Source: Octopus vulgaris | Lineage: Eukaryota | DNA length: 64,000 bases | Assembly (NCBI GenBank): GCA_951406725.2 | Contig: OX597814.1 | Span: forward strand, 89,280,001 to 89,344,000 | Direction: 5' to 3' | In this document: positions 22,960 to 35,871 of the stretch, in pieces | Numbering within the stretch: the first letter of the stretch is position 1 | How the letters are laid out: each line of letters starts with the position of its first letter | Made by a program: the position numbers and the translations under genes | The notes under the pieces: generated by a model | Told to the model about the DNA's origin: nothing | Seen by the model: the letters and a program-made list of their open reading frames with translations, nothing else | The model's database searches: none

Positions 22960-25265
22960 CCCTAGCAGTCAAAGTCATACACATAATGGCAGAAAGACAA
23001 GCAGAAACAGAAAAGCTTAAGGCATAAACAGTTACAATGATATTCATTTATTTTAATCTCAGCTTGGCTGTATTTTTGCTGGTACAATAGTTTGTTTCAA
23101 ACATTCCTGCTTTATTTAAACTTAATGTATCTCAATTGTTAAAGAGCCTACCAATTCAATCAAATTTTTTTTCACATTGCGAAATGGAAATCCAACATAT
23201 TTTCATGATAGTATGTTTAGATAGACATCCGATTGATACAGCGTGTTTGCGTGTATGTGTGTATATCTACATACACACACACACACACATATATATATTC
23301 ACACAAATACATACATGTGTATATATTTAATTTCCATGTATACTCTGACTTCCTTTTGTTTTGTAAATTAACAATGTTGTCAGTGACCAGAAATTTGCTT
23401 TCTTACAATGGAGTAAACAGTTTTCTCTTTGATTCACATCTCAGTGTGAGCTTTTTATTTAACATAATGACTTTTTAAATGGAGACATAAAACTTTATTT
23501 TTCCTTTAATACAATCTGAAAATCTTTGTAAACAATGTTCTTCTATGTAGTGCCTCAAATAAGAGAAACAACATTACTAATTAGTCAGCCTATAATTACA
23601 TTTGTAATTTTGTACTTTTGAGACATACATTTTCCTCTTTTAGAAGTGTGGAACTGCTTTACGCAAAAAATAATCATAAATTTGACATTAAGAAGCTTTG
23701 CCTTTCATCCTTGTGGTGGATGGGAATAAATAAGTACAGATCATATATTGTGTTGATGGTAATCAACTATATTCTTCTTTTGTATAATTTGTACTCCCTT
23801 GTCAGTATTAGAAATCAGTTTTGTTCTATTTGGGGCTTACTGCTTATAACTATTATTTTCTTTGAAAGAAAGATAAACTATTAATGCTGTTGTTACACCT
23901 CAGCTCTTGTAATGCAATTAATTTAATTTTTTGATTTTATTGCATTATAAGGTTTGTTTTGATTGTATGTATTTTTAACTTTACTTTTCCTCTATGAAGA
24001 AGAGTATTTTATTTATTTACAGATAAACTATCGCTTCTATATTAGTTATGCCAGTTAGCAGTATCAGTAGGGCAACAGACAAAATACTTTGTTGCTATGT
24101 CTCTTTATGCTGCGAGTTCAATTCCCACCAGGGTTAGCCATGTCTTTCATCTTTTTGGAATCAGTAAAATAAGTTTTAGTCAAGAACTGAGGCTGTTCCA
24201 ATTGCACATAGTCTCCCTCCAAAATGTTTGGCCTTGTGCTTACCTTAGAAATCCTATATATAAGTAATGTGGTTGAAACTTTTATTGATTTTTATTCAGT
24301 GTCCCGAAATTTATCAGAAAACAACTTAGAAGAATATTTATAAGCTGCTATAGTCTGTAACAATGACTAAAACCAACTTATTTACTAGCTATTGTGCTTA
24401 ATTATATAATATAATAGTTCTATCTTCTTCAATATGACATTGGGTTGAGTTCTATGCATTGTTAGATTTTGGTTTGTAATTCTTTTTTTTTTTTTTAAAT
24501 TATTCATGGTGTTCTTATCATTGAATAATAATGAACTTAAGTTTCCTTCACAGAAACACGTTTTGACTCACAGACTTCTTGATTAGTTATTCAAGACATT
24601 CTAATCTTTGAAAATATTTCGTTTCGCTCTTGCAACTTTTCTTTATGGGTTTTTTTTTTTAATGAAGATGTTCCAAAAAAAAAGAATTTTGTACCATGAT
24701 CAATAACTACAACCACCACAACAACAACAACCACCACCACAACAACAACAACAGCAGCAAAAAAAAAAAATAATAATTGAATTCAAGTCACTATGATGAA
24801 CTTTTTACAAACTCAGGATCTTACTTACATAGACATTTTCCAAATAACCATGGAAGAATTTTCATTTCTATACATTGTACTGCAGATTAAAGCTCTATGA
24901 GTATGGTTTAAATGAATAATCATAAAAGTTGCATCGTCTGAATGTTATGAGAAGAAAGAAAAACTTTACCTTTGCTTATGAAATTTTATTTGTTCAAATA
25001 TCTGCTGCCAACTTGTAAGAAAAGTTAGTCTGCAGTAAAAGTAAAGTAAATACATCTTTTTTTTTTTCTTTTAACCTTTTTTTAAAGACTTATTTATTTA
25101 TTGTCACTGACTCTAGATTCATCTTATTTTCTTCTGATATTTTTCATGTTTAAAAAAATATTTTCAGATTAACATGGAAATAATATTAATCTGGGAGTAT
25201 TTTCTACTTTATTTTCTACAGGAAAAAGAAGTTTGATTTCAGTTTATTATTTTGTGGGTATAAAG

Positions 25266-25723
25266 CAGGGGTCAGCAAAGCGGTCAGTTATGACTCCTTA
25301 GGGTCCATGTGGTTGTCCAAGAAGTCAATAAACATCTGAAATGATTTTAAGCATTAAGGGTGCTGAATTATTAGTGAACTGAATCTGAAAGGCTTAAAAC
25401 TCACTAATTTCCAACCAAATATTGATACAATAACTAGTATACACTAAATACATATTCCACATTAAATATTCTAGCTATATCAGTATAATATGACTGAATT
25501 TTTATTGTTCTTTATAAATTCCGTTAAGTGTTTTTATTAAATTTCTTTAAATATTTCTTATTAAAAAACAGTAATATCACAAAAGAAATGAGAAATTGTT
25601 TTAAGTCAAATCTTTTATCCATTAAACTGTTTGTCTATTTTAGAAATTTACATGATGGGGAGTCAATAAGTTATCAATGATTCTATGAAGGGATCAAAGA
25701 AATAAGAATTTTGCTGACCCCTG
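25266..25723. mobile_element. Non-autonomous hAT MITE
   Basis: TIRs CAGGGGTCAGCAAA / TTTGCTGACCCCTG; perfect 8-bp TSD GTATAAAG at 25258-25265 and 25724-25731. Confidence 0.9.
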
Positions 25724-26289
25724 GTATAAAGGCTCTACATTGAAATTTCCAAAATAAAACAAAGTTATTTTCATAAACTGAAATAGGGCAAAAAATTAAC
25801 AGTGTACTCAATTCAAGAAAGTCCAGTTAAAAAGTTGAACATTTTATTTGATTCAGATATCTATATTTATTCAATATCAAAGGTCAAATTTGTTCTTGTA
25901 TATGCTTCTTTCATGTACAAGAATGTTCATTTTATATAATATTAACTGAAATAAGGCATTTTCTTTCTAGATTTATGATTAGGAAGAAGGATGTTCTTTC
26001 TCTTATTTTTATGAAAAAGAATTATTCAGCACTGATAAAATTGTCTTGTATCATTTAGTGCCATCTGTCTATGTTCTGGATACAAGTTCTGCTGGGTTCG
26101 ACTTTGTTTTAATAAAATAATACTATCTAGGTACTGTGGTAAATGCTATTGACTCAACCATTTCCTGTGTGTTTATTGCCTTGTGACAGTTTCAATAATC
26201 ATCATTCCATTCTGTTTCATTGGTATCATTCTGTGTTCTTTGAGACATTAATTAAAGGGATTGGTGTATCTCAGGCAACATAGTTGTGG

Positions 26290-26385
26290 TCTAGTACAGA
26301 GAAATAACAGACTAACGCTGTAGTAGGATAGGATAGTCCCCCCCCATCCTACTACAGCATTACCCTGTTATCTCTCTGTACTAGA
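26290..26385. repeat. Isolated hairpin, 40-bp arms, 16-nt loop
   Basis: 26290-26329 matches the reverse complement of 26346-26385 at 36/40 positions. Confidence 0.9.
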
Positions 26386-27769
26386 TAATAAATTTATGCC
26401 ATGGAAATTCTTATGTACTCTTTAAATGGAAAATTTAGTTTAGCTGAGGGAATTGCTGTGAAAGGTCTGTTGTATGATAGCTCCAATCATTCACATGCTT
26501 AGTGGTTAGTCACAAACTAAGTAGATGATGCATTATCATTTGGTTATGTAACCCAATGTGTAGAAGTACTCTTAATTTCACTTTCCATCACTGCTTTTTG
26601 GGGGGCTTTATGATTTGTCCTGGAGAAAGAGATTGTATTCATGACCTTGACAGACTTAACAAAAAATTGGTGAGTTGCTGCTCTTCTTGGACAACTGCAG
26701 TTTGAAGCTGGAGGAAATTCTAGAGAAGAAAAGCTTGGCTAAGTGATTTGTGCATGGCTTGCATTATGTTGACACTGTAAGTTAACCCAGCATACTTAGA
26801 AGCCAATATCCAGTCAATGCTCTTGAAACGAGCCAACTTTTAGCCATTTAACTTTGTAGGTGTGATGACTAATCTAAAAGGTGACAACTTTGTTCTTGGA
26901 GTTAAATTTTATGATTTAATTTCTGCATTTATATAGCAGATTTGAGGATAGATTATATTGCTATGACATTGTTTCTGTATTAAGTAGTTTCAATTCCTAA
27001 TTACAGGTAGGTTTTAATATTTTCAAATTGCACTTTGGTACCACTTTTGATATTTGAAAAAACACAACAATTATAAAATATTTGTCACAACAGAATATTG
27101 GAATAGGAAGAACTGTTCATTTTTTTTTTTTTTTCAGAAAGCAACATTTGGGCAAAGAAAGCACCAAATTTTGAATGCCTTTGATTTGTCATAATCATGT
27201 CCTACATATCCAGCAAGCACATCTACTTTGCTCAAATTAAGGCAGCAAATTAGTGTCTTTTTATTAGCAGCAAACAGAACAAGGTCACTTTTGCCTTTTC
27301 TCTTTTTGGTAGAGTCAATAAATATACAATCAGTCCCTGGCAGTAAGATTGATTGAATTGCTAGTTTTGAACAATATTGTCTAACAATGTCACTTATGTC
27401 TGCATTCTGAGTTCAAATCCCATCTCTTGTCAATGGAAGAGAAAACAAAATACAACACAGTGACACTACTGTTGGTAGTTGCAACCAAGAAATGAAGATT
27501 GGTTGTGATAGGATTGCTCATTGATACTGCCATCACTAACTGATCATTCCATCATACACAGAAACATATTAGACAGAAAAATAAATGTCACATGTGCTGA
27601 TTATCACACTGTATATCACATTGACCAGTTATGAAGAGTAACAAATGATCTCATAAACTGATGTAATATAAAAACTATTAACTGAGCTAAAGTATTTGAT
27701 CAGTCACCTCTGCTATAGAATTGTTCAAATGTAGCCAAAAGGTACAAGTCAAAAAATTAACATACATTT

Positions 27770-28075
27770 GTGTCTCCATGTGATTTGCTAACCAGTTATT
27801 TCCTAAGTTCAATTCCCAGATTGGGCTTTGTATTGTGTTCTTGAGCAAGACACTTTATTTCACATTGCTCCAGTTCACTCATCTGTAGAAATGAGTTCCA
27901 ACGCCACTGCTATATCAGCCTTTGCCTTTCCTTTGGATAACTTCAGTGGCGTAGAGAGGGGAGGCTGATATGTACGAGCAACTGCTAGTCTTCCATAAAC
28001 AACCTTGCCTTGGAGGAGAACTTTCTCGGTGTTATCCTATAGTTCATTCATGACCAAAGGAGGTCTTTACCCCTT
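27770..28075 (+). mobile_element. Decayed SINE with Meta/V-like central domain
   Basis: GTTCAATTCC B-box then TGTGTTCTTGAGCAAGACACTTTATTTCACATTGCTCCAGTTCACTCA. Confidence 0.6.
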
Positions 28076-28269
28076 TATTCCCCATTGTATTGCTGGTTTT
28101 GTGTCATAACTTGAAACCAATTTTATCATATAGGTTCGAGGATGGCTGCTGTATTGTTGAGAAGTGCACCTCCCAACTACATCATTTCAGGTTCAGTCCT
28201 GCTATTCACCCAAACTATGCAAGTATGAAAAAAAATGGATGGAAAACAAATGAATTCTCAGATCAAGGT

Positions 28270-29388
28270 TTCATCTTGTCAAGAAAGTCATCAACAGCAG
28301 ATGTAACATCATCATACCTATGATACTGCTTCCCAGCCAAGTGTTTTTTCATGTTGGGAAACAGATGGGGTCAAATCAGGAGAATAGGGAGGGTGATCAA
28401 CCAGTTCAAAGCAACAGTCGCACACAGCAACCACTGAATCCAAGGACTTGTGTGCTGGAGCATTATCCTCATGAAGCAAGACCCTTTATGTCAGTTTTCT
28501 GGGGTGTTTGGTCTTGATAGCCATTCATATCTACCTCAGCAAGGTGGTACAGTACTCTCTATTGATGGTGTGGACCTTTTGAAGAAAGTCCATAAACACA
28601 ATGCTTTTTGCATCCCCAAAAACTGAGGCCATTGTCTTCCCTGCAGATGAAATAACCTTGGCCTTTTTTGGAGCAGGTGAGGAGGGATAATTTCACTGCA
28701 TAGATTGTCTCTTTGCCACTGGCTCAAAGTGATGAAGCCAATACTCATCCTGGTTTAGGAAACATTCAAGGAAAGCAGCTGGTTTTGCCTTGAACAATGT
28801 CAGATTTTCTCATGTGATCTACCTGGTGCACTTTTAACCAGGTGTCAGAAGACATAGCACTCACCAAGCAGAAACCTTCAACATGCCACGTTCATTGTGC
28901 AGAGTATTCTGGATTCTACCACAGAGTATGTTATTAGCATTGGCTATTTGATTTACAGTCAGTTGTTTGTCATCCATGTGGTCAACATGATCAATGTTTT
29001 CCTCAAGGATGGCTGTTGCTGAATGTTCAGACTTTGGGTCATCTTCAAGAAGCTCTATTCCCCTCCTAAATCCAGCTGCCACTTTTGCATTGTTCATGAA
29101 GCTGGAGTGTCATCCCCTAATGTAGCAACCATTTCAGCATGAAAGCCATTGGGGGCTAAACCCTTTTTCTGCAGGTACTTGATAATGCCATAATGCCAAA
29201 TTTTGTCCAATTCAAAGGAAATCGCTACTAGTTACCTTTGATGTCTTCTCTGAACAGTCAGAAGTCAATTCACCAAGAAAGAGTCAGCAGTCATAAATAA
29301 GGAGAGATGAAATTAATGCATGCAAGATTTCACAGCTCTAGCGCAACTCCTTCATAACCAGCCTCTGAACTTTTCAACCCACCCTTGT
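28270..29388 (-). mobile_element. Heavily decayed mariner transposon
   Basis: Fragments GFRRG..LLEDDPKSEH, LHNERGMLKVSAW, AMASVF.DAK.IVF.DF; TIR-like GGGTGGGTTGAAAAGTTC near 29385; left end approximate. Confidence 0.8.
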
Positions 29389-30374
29389 GTGTAGAGAGGG
29401 GGGGGAGACTTTTCAGACCATCCTTGTTCTCCCTCAAAAAAGCATGGATTAAGGTTAGAAATCCAGGTATTTATTAAAATGGTTTCTAAAGCAATTTCAA
29501 ACATTTATTGTAATGAGTAGCATTTATTTTAAACATTCAAAAACAGTAAGTTATTCAATTCAAAATTTACTTTATTCCATAACTGAAATTATATTATGAG
29601 CAAATAACTAAAGTGATAAAACCTAAAATCTGATATAAAATAAAATTTCTACACTACCATTATGTTCTTGTACTTGAGTAACAAAAAAATTGACTAAACC
29701 AATCTTCTGGATCTTAAATAATCTTTAGATCTTGAGATCAAGGAACCACTTGTTGACTCTGGTTTTTTAGTTACTTCATTTTCTATGAATTTGGTAGAAG
29801 GAAAAGCTTGCCATAACATTTCATCATTGAAGAATAAAGTCTGAAAAATATTACATTTAAATAATAAAAAGGTTTTTTTTTCTCTACATTTTAACTGTTT
29901 TTAGATGCATTAAGCTTTCTATCAACGTATATGCACTTGTATTTCTTAAACCAACTAATAACAAAATTTGTGCACCATAATGTAATACTTTTAACAAAAT
30001 ATTTGGCAAAATATATTTAAAAAATAAAGTTAACTTTCATAAAATTCTTTAAAACTAAGTCCTGAACTAAGATATTTGGTCTACATAAAGCATAAGTCAA
30101 TATTTTATCAAAATCTTGATCTTAAATTAAATGTAACATTGAATCTTTTTTGTGATATATTCAAGTGTCTGCATCAAGGGATTTTATGGAATTATTTTGA
30201 CTTTTTTTTTAGAATTATCTTGAAAAATAGCACTCTTGAAGTGGAAAAATTGAATTGGGCATCATTCATTCATATACACAAAAACACTCAGATAAAATGG
30301 GATTCAGTGTCCATCGAATAAAACTACTAACAAGGCTTGCCTAAGGTGCTATACACACACATATAGTGTGTGTG

Positions 30375-30412
<38 letters not shown>

Positions 30413-30465
30413 GACAGACAGATATACATATATGTGTACATACCATATATATATATATATATATA

Positions 30466-31578
30466 TACAAAATAAGGAAATGGAGAAATACATCTTAATC
30501 AATAATCAACTACCAGATAATACCCAATCACATAATTTATTAAACCACTACATATGAACATTAAGGTCAAACATAATAATATAGAACAAAACAATGTACA
30601 TCAATGAGTAATAAGATGCAATAAGTACAGTATGTATAAGTGAATATAAATAAATATAAACTACATCTTACAGCTGTTTCAGCCATGCAGATATGGGTGC
30701 CTCATTATGCTCATATTAGCCATGTGTGATAGGTTAATATGTAGTTATAAATGAGACACTTACAAAAATATCCCAAGGCCTCTTCGGAGATTATGAAGAA
30801 CAAACTAAATTAAACATGAAATTCAGAGGAGATACACCCATATAAGAGTGGGTACATACCCATAATATATAATATACACATACATATGAGTACATATATC
30901 CATACTCCTATACATATATATATATATATATACATATACATAATAATAATATACAGCAATATACATACATATGTTCTATATTCAAGGTTACAGTTGGTCA
31001 AAACAATATATTAGAATATTTTAATATAGAAACATACACATATCTATATTCAAATGCAGATAAACAAAGTCAAGAGTTCATTATATTAAGTTACAAAATG
31101 CCATTAATATTACCATCATTACTATTACCATTGCCACTATTGCTACTAATATTATTATTATTATTATTATTAATTGCTATTAATAATAATAATGATATTA
31201 GTAGCAATAGTGGCAATGGTAATATTAATGGCATTTTGTAACTTAATATAATGAACTCTTGACTTTGTTTATTTGTTTATCTGCATTTGAATATAGATAT
31301 GTGTATGTTTCTATATTGTTTTGACCAACTGTAACCTTGAATATAGAACATATCTGGTAGTTGATTATTGATTAAGATGTATTTCTCCATTTCCTTATTT
31401 TGTATTATTAATTTGTGGTAAAACATTTTACCTTTGCCCATATAATACAGTGAATGAATTAATTGCATCGCAATTCTTAACATTTATGTATTAACTTTGT
31501 TGGGTGCTTTACTAGCAGTATATTGGATACATGTTATCCCATGGTGGGTTGCACTCACAACCCATATCTCAATTTGTA
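30466..31578 (-). mobile_element. Non-coding Penelope-like element 1 with hammerhead core and internal foldback
   Basis: Flanked by TA tracts; hammerhead core 30787-30669; shares first ~30 nt and last ~130 nt with element 2. Confidence 0.6.
30669..30787 (-). ncRNA. Hammerhead ribozyme-like motif with long stem II insert (core U-to-C variant)
   Basis: Minus strand ATCT-CCGAAGA-GGCC-(~90 nt)-GGCT-GAAAC-AGCT-GTA-AGAT. Confidence 0.62.
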
Positions 31579-31607
31579 TATATATATATATATGTGTGTG
31601 TGTGTGA

Positions 31608-33172
31608 TACAAATAAGAAAATGAAGAAACAATTTAGTTTGTTCATCAACTTTCGGATATTAGAATGTTGAATTATTTATTCATTTAACAAAATGAGAAC
31701 CTTAATAGCATACATATATACCTTATAATTCAATACATATAAGATAAGAATACAAATTATAAAAATCATAATATAAATTATTGAAATCGTTAAAATCACT
31801 CCTTACAGCTGTTTCAGCCTATGGTTAAAAGTAGTTTTTTTTTATTGCCTATAGTTGTCAATTGTATTGAGGTTGTCGGCATTTAAAAATAGGGTACTTA
31901 TATATATATATAACCATAGGCCTCGTCAGAGATTATAAAGAACTCCAAAAATATTAATACATGAAACAGGATACACGTATAATTTAATATATATAAAAAA
32001 TATGAATAAATATCCATATAGACTTATACATGTACATATATACACATATACATACATAAGCAGAGTATATATACTTTTACATGTGTAAAAATACATAAAT
32101 AAACACAATTAAACAATAGGTCCAAGTAAATAGACTGTTCGTCATATACATATATACACATATATACTGGGACATATAAACATGTTTATGCTCATGACTA
32201 CATAAACAATAATCAATTATTAATATTATTATTATTATTATTATATTTACCAATAATAACAATATTATTAGATTTATAGTAATCTTCACTTGATAGTACA
32301 TGTTATAATAGTTTCTATATATCAAATATTATGATACAAGAAAAACAATCCACAATCCATACAAACAAATATATATATATGTATATACACACACATATAT
32401 ATGTATACATATGTATATAAATATATAAAAAACATACAGTTAGACCATGGCTTCCAGTATATAGTTCTTAATACATACAAGTTCATGCGTATTATGGTTA
32501 ACAAATAGAAGCAACATGTAAATGTATTTACACACAAATATACACCAATATCAATATGAGGATTCTTTTCTTTCCGTCAAATTTGAAGTTAAAATCATAC
32601 TTATATTTGTATTTTTATCCAACGAATTAATATAGTATCATAGAATAATTCCACAAAAAATTTTCAAATAATAAAACATTTGATTACGTATAATAGCTAT
32701 GTTAAATGTTATATATTAATATTTTAGAGTTTCAAAATTATTGGGGGTTAGGGAGCAATTATTTTAAATCATAAGCTATTTCTAATTGGTTAATAAATTT
32801 GAATTTCTACGCTTCATTTACTGTTAGTTAATATATCTAATTATTAAGTAAATAAACCATGTTAATCACCCGTATTTACAATGTATATCCTTTAATTAAC
32901 TTTTAGAAATTAATCATAAACAAAGAGTTCTTACAATAATCAGTACAATTGTAAATTAATACATGAATAATTATCTTCAAAATTTAATAAAGCATATAAA
33001 ATTCCAACCACGGTAAAATATTTCTTCACCTTTACCCGTTTAATACAATAAATAAGTTAATTGCATTGCAATTAAAAACATTTATGTATTAAGAATTTGG
33101 GTACTTTACCAACATAATATTGGATAAATATTATCCATTAGTGGGTTGCACCCATAACCCCTAACTTACTTT
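31608..33172 (-). mobile_element. Non-coding Penelope-like element 2 with hammerhead core
   Basis: Starts TACAAATAAGAAAATG like element 1; ends with the homologous block ...GTGGGTTGCACCCATAACCC; flanked by TG/TA tracts. Confidence 0.6.
31804..31929 (-). ncRNA. Minimal type I hammerhead ribozyme with intact core and long stem II
   Basis: Minus strand TCT-CTGACGA-GGCCTATGGTTA-(83 nt)-TAACCATAGGCT-GAAAC-AGCT-GTA-AGG. Confidence 0.75.
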
Positions 33173-33710
33173 GTGTTATATATATATACACACACACATG
33201 TATACATATATATATGTATACACATACACATGTGTACATAAATATATGTATACACACACACATATTGCAGCTAAAATTAAAATTTTAATATTAAAATTTA
33301 TTATAGTTTACAAATAACACTATACTTATCTAAGTAGAATTTAGTTAATTTACTATCTTAAGTATAGAAAAAAGTGACTAATTAGACAAACTTACAAATT
33401 AGCTGAACAGTTTTGTACAATAAATTTAAAAGATGGGGACTGTAAAGAGTGATAAATTAGAAGAACTGCATTCTTTGCTGCAATATTTTAAGTAAAAAGT
33501 TTCTTATTCTTTACTTTACTAGAAGTAATAGATTGTCCTATACTTTTCCCGGTGTAATAAATTGTCCTGTACTTTTCCAGGTTCATAATCTTCAGAATAT
33601 TACTTTTCATGCTCACATTTTTCCATGTAATATATATATATATATGTGTGTGTGTGTATGTATACATACATATCTATATCTATCTATCTATATATATATA
33701 AATGTATATG

Positions 33711-34100
33711 TGCAGAAAAGTGGCTGAGTATTAAGAAGCTTGCTTCCCAACCACATGGTTCCAGGTTCAGTCCCACTGTGTGACACCTTGGGTAAGTGTC
33801 TTCTACTGTAGCCTTGAGCTGACCAATGCCTTGTGAGTGGATTTGGTAGGCAAAAACTGAAAGAAGCCCGTTGTATGTATATATATATACACACACATGT
33901 TTGCATGTCTGTGTTTGTGCCCCCACCATCGTTTGACAACCGATGTTGATGTGTTTGCATCCCTGTAACTTTGTTTTTTGGCAAAGGAGACTGATAGAAT
34001 AAGTACTAGGCTTACAAAGAATAAATCCTGGAGTTGATTTGTTCAACTAAAGGTGGTGCTCCTGCATGGCGACAGTCAAATGACTGAAACAAGTAAAAGA
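33711..34100 (+). mobile_element. tRNA-derived SINE with internal TA/TG tract
   Basis: Aligns with 38343-38741. Confidence 0.88.
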
Positions 34101-34167
34101 ATTAAAAAAATACATACATATATGTACATGTATACATATACATACACACACACACACATGTGTGTGT

Positions 34168-34523
34168 GTGGAGGCACAGTGGCCCAGTGGTTAGGACAGC
34201 GGACTCGTTGTCATAGGATCACAGTTCCAATTCCCAAACCCGGCGTTGTGAGTGTTTATTGATTGGAAACACTTAAAGCTCCATGAGACTCCAGCAGGGT
34301 GTGGTGGTGAACCCTGCTGTACTCTTTCTTCCTGTTTCTGTTGTACCTGTATTTCAAAGGACTAACCTTGTCACACTCTGCGTCACGCTGAATCTCTCCG
34401 AGAACTATGTTAAGGGTACACATGTCTGTGGAGTGCTCAGCTACTTGCACGTGAATTTCACGAGCAGACTGTTCCGTTGATTGGATTAACTGGAACCCTC
34501 GTTGTTGTAATCGATGGAGTACC
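34168..34523 (+). mobile_element. tRNA-derived SINE (OR-type head, different tail from 20172-20474)
   Basis: TGTGGAGGCACAGTGGCCCAGTGGTTAGGACAGCGGACTC...GGCGTTGTGAGTGTTTATTGA shared with the 20.2-20.5 kb copy. Confidence 0.85.
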
Positions 34524-34623
34524 ATAGTATATATATATATATATATACATACATACATACATGGATATATATATATATATATATATACACATACATACAT
34601 ATATGTACATGTATGCATATATA

Positions 34624-35871
34624 CAGGGTGCAAAAGATATTTGAGGATAGATTTAAGTTTATAAAAAACAGATATATAATAATAGATAATAATTTTATTT
34701 ATCAGAAAGTGCTATGAGGATAAAAATAAACCTTTTCTATAATGTTATTCAATAAAGCTACCTTCTGCTTCAACAACTGCTTCTATATGAGATTTAAATC
34801 ATCCTACATGCTTGAATAAAGTGGTCCTGGTTCATTTTGGACATTACCCTGACTATGGCAGCTTTCAAAGAATCTTTGGTGCTATGGACATGTTCATTGA
34901 TCTCTCTCTCAACAACACTTGACATGTAATAGTCCAATCAATTGAGATCTGGGGAATTAGGAGGACAAATGTTAGGGTTATGTGATCATGAACATTTTCA
35001 GCCATCCATTCCTATGTTACTAGAGCCATGTGTTATAGTGCAGAATCTTACTGAAACACATATAGCCTTCCATTGCATACATTGTATGTATATCCAGGGA
35101 TTAACAATTGTTTCCAGGACCTCAGTGTAGGTGTCAGAGTAAACTCAAAGGCCTTGTGCAAAGAAGTAAAGAGGAATCACATGTTCTTCATTGCTGACAA
35201 CCCCTAAAACCATGACAGATGCAGGAAATTTTGTATGCATAATACTTGGAACTTCAGAAGGGTCTGTACATAACCATCTGTCATTTATTCTGTTAACCTT
35301 TTGATCTTGTTTGAAGTTTCTCTCATTTGAAAAAAAAAAAAAAATCTTCTGCTGGATTTTTCAGTTTGTTTAAGAACCTTTTAAATCTGATATAACAATT
35401 TTCTTTTGCTTTTTCTGACAAACTGACCTTTCCTTATCATATAAGATTTATATATGATGTCTTCGTGGACAACATTTCTGACGCATGGAGATCTTTTGCA
35501 ATTGATTTCATGGACTTTCTGGGATTGTAATCAATGGTCTGTTGAACTTGCCAGATGAATTCAAGTGTTCTGATGGTTTCAGAGCATTTAGAATGCTTTT
35601 CATGCTTTGATATTGGTGATAACGTTTCCATCTTCAGTCTCTAACTGCTTACAAACTTTGTAGATGAAAGATCTGGCAACTTTTAAAAATCAAGATATTT
35701 CTAAATTGCTATGCTCAGCCTCTATAACCACAAAAACACCATGCCTCTTCATTTCTTGAGTAAGCTGAGAGTCTGCCATTATTATTTTCTGAAACAAAGA
35801 TTATACAGAGTTAGCAAAATAAGCAGCAATGACCCAAAAAATGTATGTCCTCAAATACCTTACGTGCCCTT
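34624..35871 (-). mobile_element. Decayed Tc1/mariner-superfamily transposon (maT/DD37D-like)
   Basis: TA-CAGGGTGCAAAAGATATTTGAGGA ... TCCTCAAATACCTTACGTGCCCTT-TA imperfect TIRs; fragments PPNSPDLN*LDYY and IDYNPRKSMKSIAKDLH. Confidence 0.8.

Noticed and set aside
23720-25760. AATAAA hexamers as the FBXW5 poly(A) signal
   Set aside because: Several candidates in AT-rich DNA; cannot choose without transcript data
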